The notes under the pieces are model-generated. The model saw only the letters and a program-made list of their open reading frames with translations, ran no database searches and was not told the DNA's origin. The position numbers were made by a program, and so were the translations under genes. From the NCBI GenBank assembly GCA_951406725.2, contig OX597817.1:54188001-54252000 (forward strand): a stretch of 64,000 nucleotides of DNA. Reading direction: 5' to 3'. This document shows positions 1 through 15,242 of this stretch, piece by piece; the stretch's first letter is position 1; each line of letters opens with the position of its first letter. This DNA is from Octopus vulgaris (Eukaryota).

Positions 1-129
1 ATGCGGATTGGAGGCTATTCGCATTCGTTAATAGACACGCTAAGAGACAAACCTATGGCTGTGTTGAGATAGGCATACACATAGACTTAGACACATAAAC
101 AAACATATAGGAGATCATAGACATACACA

Positions 130-821
<692 letters not shown>

Positions 822-1390
822 CGAAATGGATGGAGATTGAGAAAGAAGGAGGGACAGAGTGAGAGAGAGAAAGAGAGAGAGAGAAAGAAAGAGTGAGAGA
901 GAGAGAGAGGGGGAGAGAGTGGGAGAGAGTCGGAGAGAGAGAGAGAGGGAGTACGTGTATATGTGTGCTGGTGTTGGTGATAAAAAGAAAGTAAAGAGTA
1001 ATGAAAGAAATGTATGGCATTCATTTGTTCAGAAGCCGGTTCGTTAATAACCGGAAGCGGATGTGACGTCGCTACTGTAGTTCAGGCATTGTAGCATGGC
1101 GTCCTCGTTTGTGAAAGAAAAGTAGCAGCAGCAGCTGCTTCTGTAGTAGTAGTAGTAGTAGTAGCCACGCTGTGCTGCAGTTGCTATTACTGCAACCACC
1201 ACCACCACCACCACAACCACCACAACCACCACTGCGATTAATAATAATGCTGGTTTCTTTATTGAACATTATCTGTTCACAAAAATGTCGAGAGCAGAAC
1301 TTGATACAATGCAGGATTCCATGAAAGCATGTCAACAGAAACAGCAAAAGCGAAAGAGCAAAAAATAAAAAAATAAATCTCTCCCCAAAA

Positions 1391-1650
1391 AGGCGCAGGC
1401 GTGGCTATGTGGTAAGACACTTGCTTCCCAACCACATGGACCTAGGTTCAGTCCCACTGCGTGACGCCTTGGGCGAATGTCTTCTACTATAGCCACGGGC
1501 CGATCAAAGCTTCGTGAGTGGATTTGGTAGACGGAAACTGAAAGAAGCCTGTCGCGTGACAACTGGTGCTGGTGTGGTTACGTTCCCGTAACTTTGCTGT
1601 TCGGTAAACGTAACCGATAGAATAACCACTAGGTTTAAAACAGGTAAGTA
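1391..1650 (+). mobile_element. tRNA-derived SINE family A (CORE-like, OR2-type)
   Basis: A-box-like TGGCTATGTGG, B-box-like GGTTCAGTCC, CORE-like CCTTGGGCGAATG; about 10 other copies in the window. Confidence 0.85.
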
Positions 1651-1660
1651 ACTAGAGTGG

Positions 1661-1806
1661 GGCATATGGCATAGTTGTTAAGAGCGCGGGCTACAAACCC
1701 CGAGATTCCGAGTTCAATTCCTAGCAGTGACCTGAATAATAATAACAGCAACAACAATAACAATAATAGTAATAACATCGAAAAATACCTTAGGAATGAG
1801 AACCCA
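1661..1806 (+). mobile_element. 5' part of tRNA-headed SINE family H (head, (AAT)n, start of body)
   Basis: A-box-like TGGCATAGTTG, B-box GAGTTCAATTC; GCAGTGACCTG(AAT)n...ACATCGAAAAATACCTTAGGAAT matches 12146-12680. Confidence 0.75.
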
Positions 1807-1834
1807 CCCCCAATATATATATATATCTACTGTT

Positions 1835-2160
1835 GGTATTATGCAAAAGTTGCCAGTTTTCAGAAAACAAAAACATAGTTTCACCATTACAAAGCAAAAT
1901 CGTTGTACTACATTTTGACGATTTTTGATTTCTTGGCATCTGAAGCAGCTGGAGATATGATAGTCTGAGAGACAGAGACAGACAGAAAAAAGGAAAATGT
2001 CCCTTGCATTTAAAAACTATGGAAATATTTTTAGAAAACATAAATTTTTCCACAATTTAATTGTTTTTCATGCTTTACTCTAAGTTGAAAAAGTTGCAAG
2101 GACTGAAACCGGTTCTAAAATGTTCTTTATGATAAACTTGTTTTAGCATTTTCTAACCTT
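1835..2160. repeat. Unclassified interspersed repeat fragment, related to 62990-63300
   Basis: Shared TTATTATGCAAAA and TCTTGGCATCTGAAGC.GCT...GATAGT blocks at both loci. Confidence 0.55.
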
Positions 2161-2168
2161 GTCTTATT

Positions 2169-2281
<113 letters not shown>

Positions 2282-2469
2282 CCAAGTTGGACCACTGAAC
2301 TCAACACGTTTTTTTCGTTCTGTCTCTCTTCATTTCCTCATTCCTTTCTGTCGAAGAAATGGTCGAAGAAATGTACAAGACGTTTCTATTTTTCCCGAGC
2401 ATCACACAAATACACCTGCTTGTTGCTCCGACATCTGTCTTCGTCTTTTGCTTTTCTATAAACTTAAAC

Positions 2470-2725
2470 TCATCATCATCATCATCATCGTCATATAACA
2501 TCCGCCTTCTTTGTTAGCATGGGTGGGACGACTCCACAAGAGCTGCCCAAGCAGAAGCCTGCAACAGACTTCTCTGACTGGTTTGGCAGGATCTTTACAG
2601 CTGGATGCTCTTCTTAATACCAGCCACTCAGCAGAGTGGACCTAGTGCTTTTTACGTGTCACAAGCACACGCGAGGAACTGAAACCACTATCTCACGATT
2701 TTGAGTGCAAAGCACTATCCATTGG
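2470..2725 (-). mobile_element. Decayed SINE/LINE 3' end with (ATG)n tail (RTE-like)
   Basis: Minus strand ends ...GAAGGCGGATGTTATATGAC(GAT)n. Confidence 0.5.
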
Positions 2726-3796
2726 GTCATGCATCTTCGCATCCTCACTATGTGTGTGTGTGTGTGTTTGTGTGTATGCATATACACACGCATATACACA
2801 CATATATATACATGCATATACATACATGAAGCTATATTTTTAAGAATTTACCCGTGTTTTATGCATCATGTTTTATGTATGTATGCATGCATGTATATAT
2901 GCACACACACACACACACATATTCATATTTATTTATTCCCATACTTGATAATAACAAATCAACGTAAACACAATATCATTGTTACTTCGTCACAATCTCA
3001 ACTCTTTAAGATTATTAAAGGGGGAATGCAAATAAACGGTTTTATGTTGAACTATTTGAAATATAGCGTTTAAAATTGGGGATGATTGACAGGTCTCTAA
3101 TTAATATATACAGAAAATACTGAGAAAACTAATAATTTGAGACTTTAGAACTATAGATAAGACGATTTCATAAATAACTGCCGGATTTGAAATGATTGGC
3201 AGCTATATAATACGTATATAAATACGTTTTTATATCAGCGCTCTCGAATATATACAGAATATGAGCTTTTATGACAGAGCGTAAGGAAAACTTAAAGATT
3301 ATATTCTAACTTATTAACAATTGCACGTTAACATTTTGTAAGAATATGAGCAAGATATTAAATATATATCTAAGAAATACGGAACACCAGTGAAAAATTA
3401 ATGAAGCTGTATTATAAGCTGAATAATAGTAAAGAAGTTAAGTTCCTTACCATTTCTCCAGACAAATTGACTCATATTTACATAATATAATCAAGATATA
3501 CATAAATATATACAAAGTCACAATCCGTGTTTTGACAGAATATTAATAATAGAGGACACGAAAGGAAAGAAAAGAGAAGCAAATTTCATTCTTGGAAGTG
3601 CATTAGGAATTATGTTTTAGAGAACGGTTAATCTAGCCATAACAATAGTGCAACCGGTGTAAAGAACTTTTTTTTACCTTTGAAATATTAGTCCGCAAAG
3701 TTTACATTTGTTTGAAATATATATGACTAAACGTACATATTCTCGCATATGACTATAAAAATAAAATATGATTGGATTCAATCTACACCTAATGAC

Positions 3797-3935
3797 GGGG
3801 CTGTGAGGCAGAGGTTTGCTTCCCAGCCACATAGTTCCAGGTTCAGTCCCACTGCGTGTCACCTTGGCAAATGTGTCTTGTACAAATGGATGCCTTGTGA
3901 GCGGATTTAGTAGACGGTAAACTAAAAGAAATCCG

Positions 3936-3971
<36 letters not shown>

Positions 3972-4215
3972 GACGGGCTTCTTTTAGTTTCCGTCTACTA
4001 AATGTGTGTGACTTTGAGTCTGTGTTTGCCGCCACCGCTGTTTGACAAGAGATAGTGTTGCGTTTATGTGCCCGTAACGTTGCGATTCGGCAAAAGTGAC
4101 CGTTAGAATGAGTACCAGGCTTAATAAAATATATGTCCTAGAGGGCAATCCATTCGATTAAAATTTCAAAACGGTATTCCAGCTTGGCTGCAGTCAAATG
4201 ACTGAGACAAATAAA
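3797..4215 (+). mobile_element. SINE family A, near full length with internal (TA)n
   Basis: GGTTCAGTCCCACTGCGTG head; tail CCAGCTTGGCTGCAGTCAAATGACTGAGACA. Confidence 0.85.
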
Positions 4216-4253
4216 ATCTAACAGATAATATATATATAATAATTATAATAATG

Positions 4254-4321
<68 letters not shown>

Positions 4322-4325
<4 letters not shown>

Positions 4326-4877
4326 GCCCTGATGCAGTACCAGGCAGTGGCTCTCATGGCTTCTGATCTTAACTGATTGGAAGTGTTATCATGTACATTG
4401 TTTTGTCTTGGTATAAAAGATGGGCTACAGCAAATATTCTGCTCAATACCACAGATTTGCTTGTCAGTTGTTTGACCTTAACCAGTTGAGCATGTCCCTT
4501 AGTGGCTGACGATATGTGCATCTCTGATCACGAGCAGAAGTAGTGGGGGAGCATCATAGCCATGTGTTGAGGGATTCTTTGGGGTTTGAATAATTCACCT
4601 CTGGAAACATGGGTGGTTCTTTCAACATCCTTAAACAACCCTTATTCAGGGACCTTTTGAGCGGGATGGGCTACTCAACCTGAAGAAAATTCTAACTGGG
4701 CCCCATCTGCAAGGTCATGCGCTGTTTATCTTGATATGAGATCACCAGGTCGCGCACATATGGTTGTGATGCATGTGCCTGGTGTACCCTTATCAGACGG
4801 GTAGTCATGATGGGTATATTGGGCTTCGTATATTTTACCCCAGTGTCACTTTGATGGCATGAATTGCTCTCTCACTC
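4322..4877 (+). mobile_element. ~555-bp non-coding element inserted in (TAA)n, full-length copy
   Basis: Starts AAATGCCCTGATGCAG, ends CTCTCTCACTC(AAT)n; five copies in the window. Confidence 0.9.
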
Positions 4878-4924
4878 AATAATAATAATAATGATGATGA
4901 TGATGATAATATATATATTCTTCG

Positions 4925-5169
4925 ATTTAAAGCGATATTTGTATGTAAATAAATTGACTGAAAAATGCTGAGCTAACCTTAACCAGAATCGAATCCACAT
5001 ATCAACGCTTACATGAGTACATAAAATTGGGCTGAAATTGATTGGTGACCGTTTGTCCCAATCGGATGCGCATGTAGCCATGTAAGCGTTGATATGTGGG
5101 TTCGATTCTGGCTACGGGCAGCTCATCATTTTTCAGTCAATTTCTTTATATATAAATGTCGCTTTAAAT
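4925..5169. repeat. Foldback with ~95-bp inverted arms, each containing a B-box-like motif
   Basis: ATTTAAAGCG...CCAGAATCGAATCCACATATCAACGCTTACATG versus CATGTAAGCGTTGATATGTGGGTTCGATTCTGG...CGCTTTAAAT. Confidence 0.85.
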
Positions 5170-5179
5170 AATAAATACA

Positions 5180-5328
5180 CAGGTTGTTCAAAATATCACT
5201 CCACAGTGAATGTTTTCACCCTGCGTACGCGCAACCTAACTAATTTATTATTTGTAGTCTTATACCACCTCATAAATATTTATTTGGCAATAAAATACTT
5301 ACTGTGGTGAGACTTTTTGAACACCCTG
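5180..5328. mobile_element. Tc1/mariner-type MITE (~150 bp)
   Basis: Imperfect TIRs CAGGTTGTTCAAAATATCACTCCACAGT / ACTGTGGTGAGACTTTTTGAACACCCTG; termini resemble the DD41D TIR at 16845. Confidence 0.65.
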
Positions 5329-5466
5329 GTTTCTATTACTTCGGGAAGTTGAACTATGGACCTTTATGCTTCGTTTTTTTTTATCCCCTTCCATCTCCTT
5401 ATTCTTCTACTCCCTTTCTCTATGTTTTCATCTTATTTGTATATGCCATTCTAATTTTCCCTATTT

Positions 5467-5522
5467 GTCTCTGATGACGGAATATACCATACTAGGGGAT
5501 ATTCCAGAAACAGCTGTAAGAT
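5467..5522 (+). ncRNA. Minimal type I hammerhead ribozyme-like motif
   Basis: GUCU-CUGAUGA-C-GGAAUAU[13 nt]AUAUUCC-A-GAAA-CAGCUG-UA-AGAU; palindromic stem III ACAGCUGU; predicted GUA cleavage after 5518. Confidence 0.75.
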
Positions 5523-5602
5523 TTTGAATTTCTTCCTATAATAATATTGCATAGGACTTGAGATATTTGCCTTGCCTTAATGTTTGATATTCTGTTTAAC
5601 TG

Positions 5603-5649
<47 letters not shown>

Positions 5650-5953
5650 ACATACGTACACACACAGAAATATATTTACGCACATATGTGTGCATGTGTG
5701 TGTATTTGCGTGTGTTTGAAATATCTATGTATGCTTCCGCAGGTAGCTTTCTGACAAACCTTTGCGAAATACCGCTATATTGAGACACGTGTATGATAGC
5801 AATGTTTCTACCGTTCTATATACAACAACTATCTCTCTCTGTTCGTCTACCGTGGTAAACTCGGGGTAGTCAGCTGCAGAACCTTCAGTTTCTAATTTTC
5901 TTAATAAGAAAAACATTTCTTACTGAATATTAAATTTCTTTTACTTGTTAAAG

Positions 5954-6011
<58 letters not shown>

Positions 6012-6238
6012 GGAATACACTTTCATGCAAAAACACACTAGCATACACAAACATAGAAACACATTCATGCCCATCTAGAGGTATGCACACACTCCCACAC
6101 ACGTGTACTTGCGCACACACACTCACATGCACACGTACTTTCACATATATATATTTTGTTCTCTTCCCTCTCACTCTCACTTCACGTCTTTATTTATTGA
6201 ATACAATAGCAGCGTATATAGGATAACCATTTGTTACA

Positions 6239-6313
<75 letters not shown>

Positions 6314-6317
6314 GCCT

Positions 6318-6351
<34 letters not shown>

Positions 6352-6536
6352 CCACAGACAAACATACATGCACCTAGTCAGATACATATTAAAAGAGACA
6401 CAATAAAGTACATATAATAAAATTCTCTTAGAGAATCTATCTAAATCTATGCCATAATAATAATAATAACAATAATGATATTAATGATAACAACAACAAC
6501 AATAATAATAATAATAATAATAAAAAATAGTAATAA

Positions 6537-6643
<107 letters not shown>

Positions 6644-6792
6644 CCCACTTACCAACCATCTATACGACAAACCCACATTGTCCCTGTCAGATGGCATGAA
6701 TTCAGCTGTAGATAATATTTCCCCTATTATAGATATATGTATATATATATACATATATATATGTGCATATATATTCATATATATGTTTTTAA

Positions 6793-6847
<55 letters not shown>

Positions 6848-7090
6848 GGTTTGTGTGTGTGTGTGTATTTATAGTATTGTAATTGATTTCTTAGAAGTGA
6901 AAAATATCAAGAAAAGAAACCATAAAAAAACAACAATAGGATACATAAGCAAGTCTCTTTAATAACAATTTTAGAAAAATATATAATATAAAAAAAAAGC
7001 ATTAGTAATGATAACGGAACCAACATTTGCGCCCCTCGTGCCACCCACTAACAAACCGTTCCCATTAGAGAAATCATCCCCCATAATGGC

Positions 7091-7121
<31 letters not shown>

Positions 7122-7292
7122 AATATATACATATGTGAATGTGTGTGTATGTATGTATGTATATATATATTTTTATATATATATACATATATATGTATAT
7201 ACACACACACATATATACATATATGTACGTTATATATATGTATGTACGTATATAGATAGAAACACACATATACACACACACACATACATATA

Positions 7293-7351
<59 letters not shown>

Positions 7352-7422
7352 GTGTATGTATGTGTGTGCTTGTGTGCGGGTATGTATATATGTATATATA
7401 TATATATGTATATATATATATG

Positions 7423-7494
<72 letters not shown>

Positions 7495-8336
7495 TGTATA
7501 TATATATATATATATATTTATATAAATATATATATATATGTATGTATATATGTATATATATATATATATGTATGTATATACACACATGTAATGGCTGTAT
7601 AGTTGTATCTGTGTGAATCGACGTTAGGTGCGGCTGTTGGTGGCAGAACTAATGGCTGAGATATGAGAATGAACTGCCGTCATCCTTATTCCCGCGTTCA
7701 ATCGTCCAGTGTTCTATTATTCCCACCAACCAGCCAGCCATCCAGCCAACCCACTTACCAGCCATCTATGCAATTTCGGGACCTTTTGAAGTGTTGTTAG
7801 GTCAGTCACTGGAAGAAGAGAGAAGGGTCTACCATTCTTCTTCGTTCGTTTACTATTTCTCCATCTCCCCCTCACTCCCCCACACCCTCTCTCTCTCTCG
7901 CTCCCTTTCTCTCTCTGTCTCTCTGTCTCCATTTCTCTTCTCTCCCATTGAACTTATTTCCTCTCCCCTCTGCCCCCATTCATATCTGTAAGAATTTACT
8001 AGAATGTTAAACGGCATTGAAAAAAACCCACAAAAAAACAAACAAACAAACAAAAGAAAAAAACAAAAAAAACAAACACACCATATAATAAACAAAAAAC
8101 AAAGATAGAAATAATGACTGTAGAAACATGCATACATACCTCCATACATGTATGTATATATATGTATACACAAACATGTATATATATATATAAATATATA
8201 TATATATCAAAGTTTATATGCATATGTATGTATATCTATAGATGTATGTATTCATAAATGTGCGTCTGTATCTATCTGTTTGTCGTTCTCTCTCTCTCTA
8301 TACATACATACATACATACATACATACATACATACA

Positions 8337-8367
<31 letters not shown>

Positions 8368-9139
8368 GTATATATATGTATATAAACACATTTATATATA
8401 TGCATATTTATATATATGTATGTTAATATATATATATTTTTATATGTATATATATGTATACACATACATACATACATGCACACACGCATACACACACATA
8501 CACACACACATACATATATATATTTATATATATCATAGATATTCATATGTCGTATATATATATATAATTGTACGCATGTGAATATATTTGTACTTTTATG
8601 TATATCTGTAGATCCGTTTGTGTGTGTGTGTGTGTATAATTATTTCGGAAAATATATCAAAGGCGTAGAAAAAAAGAAAAAGAAAAACGAAGGATTCATT
8701 CCCCTCTCCCCTCGCCCATCCATTGAAAACCTTTAAATTAAATTCTGTCCTCCATATGTTCAATGGTCCAAGATTGATCCGAACTTCGCTTCGCTGGCTT
8801 CACGTTCACACGCTCACGCATCCGCACGCACACGTACACTCACACGCACACGTACACTCACACGCACACGCACACACACACATGCACACATTCACACATA
8901 CACGCACGCGCACATGCAAGCACACACTAATAAGTACACACTTGCACATATATTTATATGCGCAATTTACATACACACATACAAACATAATGTACACACA
9001 TATATATAAATATGTACATATATATTCATATATATATGTATGCATATATATTTATATGTATACATATATACATATATATGTATCATGTATATATATATAT
9101 ATATATGTATATATTTATTATGTATATATATATATATAC

Positions 9140-9183
<44 letters not shown>

Positions 9184-9435
9184 TATATTCATATGTATAC
9201 ATATATATATGTATGCATATATATAAATTTATATATATACATATATATATGCATATATATATATATTTCTATACATTTATGTGTGTGTATGTGTATGAAT
9301 GAGTATTTGTGTGATTGTATATACCTCTACAATCCAGCCCCCCCACACACACATACATACATACATACATACATACATACATGCATACATACATACATAC
9401 ATGCATGCATGCATGCATACATACATACATACATG

Positions 9436-9489
<54 letters not shown>

Positions 9490-9619
9490 CGTTTTTTAGG
9501 CTTTTATCGTAATTTTCTATGTGTTTTTGGTTGATTAATTTGCCCTTCCTTTGAAAACATTTTCCCATTGTCTTTTAACAAGGTGACTATTATTATTATT
9601 GGCAAAAAATATCCCCACT

Positions 9620-9658
<39 letters not shown>

Positions 9659-10124
9659 GTCGTCGTCGCCGCCGCCGTCGCTGCACACCACCACCACCAC
9701 CAGGTCGTCGTCGTCGTGATCATCATCATTATCATCATTGTTATTGCCATTGTTATTACCGTTTTTTTTATGATCATTATTGTTATCACCTAATTCCTTA
9801 TTTTGTTGTTGGTTTTTGTTTTGTGTTCTGGTTTTGACTGATTCTTTTGTTCCTGTTCTAAATTGTGTTTCTCTTACGTAGTTTTTTTTTGTTGTGTTGT
9901 TGTTGTTATTATTCCCCACCCCACTCATCCCTCCCTCCCCTTTGCTGTCCTGTTTGTGACATCCCCTGTAAATGGAATATCTGCACATCTACCTTTCATT
10001 CTTTTGGTCTCCCTAAAAATGCTTGCGTGTTATAAGCTCCTATTTTCTCCGATAATTCTCACCTCACATGTCATATCTGATGGTTGATGATAACGATGTT
10101 ATTGATGGTGTTGTTGATGGTGAC

Positions 10125-10186
<62 letters not shown>

Positions 10187-11075
10187 CGATGACACGGCCA
10201 ACAATAACGACAAACATATTAACAGCGGCAAAATCATTCGTGTACCCAATTCATACAAAACTGCACTCGGTCGAACGGTGTGAAATCACGCAATAAAAAT
10301 GAGATTATTGAAGAAAAAAAATGAACAATTAGAAGAAGAACAACAACAATAGTAGTAGCATCATAGCAACCATCATCATCATCATCATTGTCACCATCAA
10401 GAACAACAAATTAGAAAACGAAAAAAAAAAATAATAATAACTGATCTGGTAAACATCTTGTCCCTTTCCTACCAAACTTTGTTCAGAAGGAAAAAGATGT
10501 GGGTGTGTTTGGGTAAGATGAAAGTACACGTGACCTGGAGATTGCAATAAATATTGTTAAGTGAATCAGAGAAACAGCTGAATTAATGGTGATTGGTGCA
10601 GAGGGTGTGACAGAGAAAATGTCTTTCAATAGACATATAAAGATATGTAAGAGTCAATAAAGGCGACCTGTATTCGTGGTCTCTCGACCTGCTTGATATA
10701 GTAGGCTAATCTCACTCACTTCATACTGCAAATGTCTATAAAAGAAAAAAAATATGGAAGATATTTGATAGAGTGTTCGTTATAGAAATATCCTCTCCCC
10801 TCAAAAATACAAAACGAAAACAGGAAAAGAAATTAAGAAAAAAGAAAACACGATGGTGACGGTTAAAAAAGATTTGATCAAAGAACTTGTTCAAGATTGG
10901 TGTATTAAGAGCAGAGACAGCGTCATCATCATCATCATCATCATCGTCGTCGTCGTCATCATCATCATCATCATTATCACCGACTTCATTCTCATCATTG
11001 TCATCATCATCGTCGTCGTTCTCCTCTTCTTCCTCCTCCTTATGACCAGGAGGGAAGCACATCCAATAAATATTA

Positions 11076-11143
<68 letters not shown>

Positions 11144-11168
11144 TATCATTATTATTATTAATATTATT

Positions 11169-11199
<31 letters not shown>

Positions 11200-11218
11200 T
11201 TATTATTACTATTATTAT

Positions 11219-11310
11219 ATGAGAATGCATGCAGAGAGCTTCTCTGCCCTAGGTGCACGGAAAACACTCGGCGAGAAATGGAAGAAAATTTGAAGAAAGA
11301 AAACAAAAAC
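11219..11310 (+). mobile_element. Extreme 3' UTR fragment of the Dong/R4 subfamily at 47185-48101
   Basis: GAATGCAT...GAGCTTCTCTGCCCTAGGTG...GGCGAGAAATGGAAGAAAATTTGAAGAAAG matches the reverse complement of 47185-47275; lies in TTA/AAC/AAT arrays. Confidence 0.75.
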
Positions 11311-11331
11311 AACAACAACAACAACAACAAC

Positions 11332-11390
<59 letters not shown>

Positions 11391-11505
11391 TAATAATAAT
11401 AATAATAATGATAATAATAATAATAATCATAATTATAATAACAATAATGATAATAATAATAATAATAACAGTCATAATAATAACAGTCATAATAATAATA
11501 ACAAT

Positions 11506-11984
11506 AAATGCCCTGATGCAGTACCAGGCAGTGGCTCTCATGGCTTCTCATCTTAACTGATTGGAAGTGTCATGATGTACATTGTTTTGTCTTGGTATAA
11601 AAGATGGGCTACATCAAATATTCTGCTCAATACCACAGATTTGCTTGTCAGTTGTTTGACATTAAAACCATTTGCATATTTCCTTTGGTGGCTGACGATA
11701 TGTGCATCTTTGATCACGAGCAGAAGTAGTGAAGAAGAATCATAGCCATGTGTTGACAGTAATTCTTTGAGGTTTGAATAATTCACGTTTGGAAACATGG
11801 GTGTTTCGTTCAACATCCTTAAACAACCCTTATTCAGGGAACTTTTGAGCAGGATGGGCTACGCGACATGAAGAAAATTCTAACTAGGCCCCATACGCAA
11901 AGTCATGCACTGTTTATCATGATATGAGATCACCATGTCGCGCACATATGGTTGTGATGCATGTGCCTGGTCTACCCTTATCAG
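11506..11984 (+). mobile_element. ~555-bp TAA-targeting element, 3' end replaced by an inverted SINE A tail
   Basis: Same 5' end as 4322; similarity stops at CCCTTATCAG. Confidence 0.88.
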
Positions 11985-12140
11985 TCATTTGACTGCGGCC
12001 ATGCTGGGGCACCGCCTTTGGTCGAGTAAATCGATCCCAGGACTTTTCTTTGTAAGCCTAGTATTTATTTTATCGTTCTCTTTTGCCGAACCGCTAGCGT
12101 ACGGGTACATAAACACATCAATATCGTTTGTCAAGCGAGT
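11982..12140 (-). mobile_element. SINE family A 3' half
   Basis: CAGTCATTTGACTGCGGCCATGCTGGGGCACCGCC...TTTTGCCGAACCGCTA. Confidence 0.85.
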
Positions 12141-12145
12141 TATAT

Positions 12146-12157
12146 TCCAGGCAGTGA

Positions 12158-12255
<98 letters not shown>

Positions 12256-12805
12256 GTAATAACAATAGGTCATAGGTGCCCTGGGAATGATAGCAAAAGG
12301 GGCTGATAGCTACCTGACTCAGATACCAGGAAACCCGAAAATGGCAGAAATTCAAAAGATAGTGCTAATGGGAACTGCTCATATCTTACGCAAAATACTT
12401 TCTTTGTAATCTTAAGTTTTAAAACAAACATAATTTTCGTATGGTTTTTAGGCATTCACTAGTACAACACTAAGTACAAAATGAAATATATGGCACCCTA
12501 GGCATAACGCCAACATGAACTTCCAACTTGTTGTCTCTTGAGGTCTCTGGGTGAGACTTGGAGCCAACTTGTACAAATGTAAAGCAAAAGTCAAACATAG
12601 AATAATAATAATAATAATGATAAATAGTAATAATAATAATTATAACATCGAAAAATACCTTAGGAATAAGAACCCAGGTTCGAAATTTCTCCAAGACACC
12701 TGATGAATGCTGCAGGGTATATCAGCCGAAACTTTGTGTTGACAACAAACAAGATGAAGACAAATATCCGTCAAATGTAAACAATGTAAATAAAGTAAAT
12801 AATGT
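12146..12805 (+). mobile_element. SINE family H, interrupted in its (AAT)n by a Dong fragment; degenerate hammerhead at 12695-12740
   Basis: Matches 1725-1806 on both sides of the insert; GACAC-CUGAUGA-AU-GCUG..CAGC-C-GAAAC-UUU-GUGUU. Confidence 0.75.
12268..12600 (+). mobile_element. Dong/R4 non-LTR retrotransposon 3' end
   Basis: Translates IGALGMIAKGADSYLTQIPGNPKMAEIQKIVLMGTAHILRKILSL*, then 3' UTR; (AAT)n on both sides. Confidence 0.85.
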
Positions 12806-12816
12806 ATACACTCATG

Positions 12817-12955
<139 letters not shown>

Positions 12956-12973
12956 GTCTGCCTGTCTGTCTGG

Positions 12974-13030
<57 letters not shown>

Positions 13031-13049
13031 AATCTATCTATCTATCTCG

Positions 13050-13205
13050 AGGGGCTTCTTTCAGTTTCCGCCTGCCAAATCCACTCACAAGGCTTGGTCG
13101 ACCCGAGGCAATAGTAGAAGACACTTGCCTAAGATGGCACGCAGTGGGACTGAACCCGGAACCATGTGGTTCGTAAGCAAGCTACTTACCACACAGCCAC
13201 TCCCT
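13050..13205 (-). mobile_element. SINE family A 5' half; probably one element with 11982-12140, split by insertions
   Basis: GCAGTGGGACTGAACCCGGAACCATGTGG...CACACAGCCACTCC. Confidence 0.85.
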
Positions 13206-13414
13206 AACAAAAATAATAATAACAACAATGATTAAAATAACAACAACATCGGCAATAATAATGTCAATGCTTCTGCTGTTGATAATAATAGTGCTAATGA
13301 TGATAATGTTGATTATCAGAATTTAAAGACAGGCAAAACGCAATTCTGCCAGCTCACCACCTCTTTGATTATAATAATGTTGGATTATAATCTTGATTAT
13401 AATAATTCTTTCTA

Positions 13415-13605
13415 CTAATAACAGAAGGCCTGAAATTTTGTGGGAGAGAGATCAGTCGATAAGTCGACACTAGTACACAGCTGGTACTTAATTTATCGAT
13501 CCCGAAAGGATGAAAGGTAAATCGACACTGACGGATTTTGAACTCAGAACATAAAGACAGACGAAATGCCGGAGTGCTAACGATTCTGCCAGCTCGCCGC
13601 CTTCT
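13415..13605 (-). mobile_element. SINE family B (Meta/MESC-like central domain)
   Basis: CTGGTACTTAATTTATCGATCCCGAAAGGATGAAAGG...CTGCCAGCTCGCCGCC. Confidence 0.8.
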
Positions 13606-14023
13606 TAATTATATTAATGATTATAAGCTTGGTTATAATAATCCTAACACTAACTAGACAAGTGTTATTTGGTATACATTATACATACTATCAAATACAT
13701 ACAAACGGACTCTCTCTCTCTCTCTATGTCTCTCTGTCTCACACCCACCCACATACAGAGACGACAGAATGGCAGGAAATATTTTCCACCCCTCTGCACA
13801 CATCCACACATTAAAAAAAAGGGACATAAAATGGAGAAAAGAACCAATCAGATTGTTTTGTCACATCCGCGATTTATATATATAATCCGGTATGGCAAAT
13901 AATTTAGAATACAGCAACATCAATAAAAACAAACAAAAAACATCCTCCTCGTCCTCCTCCTCCTCGTCCTCCTCCTCGTCCTCGTCCTCCTCCTCCTCCT
14001 CCTCCTCCTCCTCCTCCTCCTCC

Positions 14024-14056
<33 letters not shown>

Positions 14057-14385
14057 ACAACAACAACAACAATAACAACAACAGCAACAGCAACAATAAT
14101 GATAAAGGTGATTTGAGTAGGTAATGGTGATAGCGACAGCGATGCATGAAGACACACACACACATACACACATAGAGAAACATGATAAAACAACAGTCGC
14201 TCTAGAGACTCATACATACACGCATGCAAACATGCACACATATACATATATAAGCATATATATATATATAGTATATGCATGTATATACGTATATGTATAT
14301 GGGTATGTATATGTATGTATATACATACATATATATCTATATCTATATGTATGTATATATATTTGAATATATATATACACATACA

Positions 14386-14416
<31 letters not shown>

Positions 14417-14709
14417 ACTCACACATATACTTACATATATATACATATATATATGTGTATATATATATGTATATGTACATATACATGTATCCACATACAC
14501 ACACACACATATATATATATATACATATAAGCATGTGCGTATATATGTATATGGGTATGCATATGTGTGTATGAATATGTATATATATATATATATAAAT
14601 ATATATATATAAACATGTAAGTACCTATAAATATATGGGAACATATATGTATATGTATATATTTATATACACACACATACATTTGTATGTATATAAATTC
14701 ACACGCACA

Positions 14710-14780
<71 letters not shown>

Positions 14781-15180
14781 AATATGTCACAAATATATAA
14801 ATAAAAAAGGGCGTATTTCTTGTGTAGTGACCTGGAGTTATTCACACATTTGAAGCAGTCACATGTATTGTACTTTAGATGTATATCATCCTGGCCGAAT
14901 TTTCTTTCATTTTTCTTTCATTTCATCGTCGTCATCATCGTCGTCGTCGTCTTCATTGCTGTTGGTGTTGCTCTTGTTGTTATCATCGTTGGTTTTTTCT
15001 TTTTTTGCTGGTATTTTTGGTAATGGTGATGTTGATGCTGAATTGGCAAATTCGCTATCTAAATATGGCGAACGAATGCCGCTTGATGAACAGTTGTAGT
15101 GGCAGTAGCAGCAGCAGGAGCAGCAACACACGGCCTATTATAACGAGTTCTTCTGATGTGAATTTATGGTGTGTAGAACA

Positions 15181-15242
<62 letters not shown>

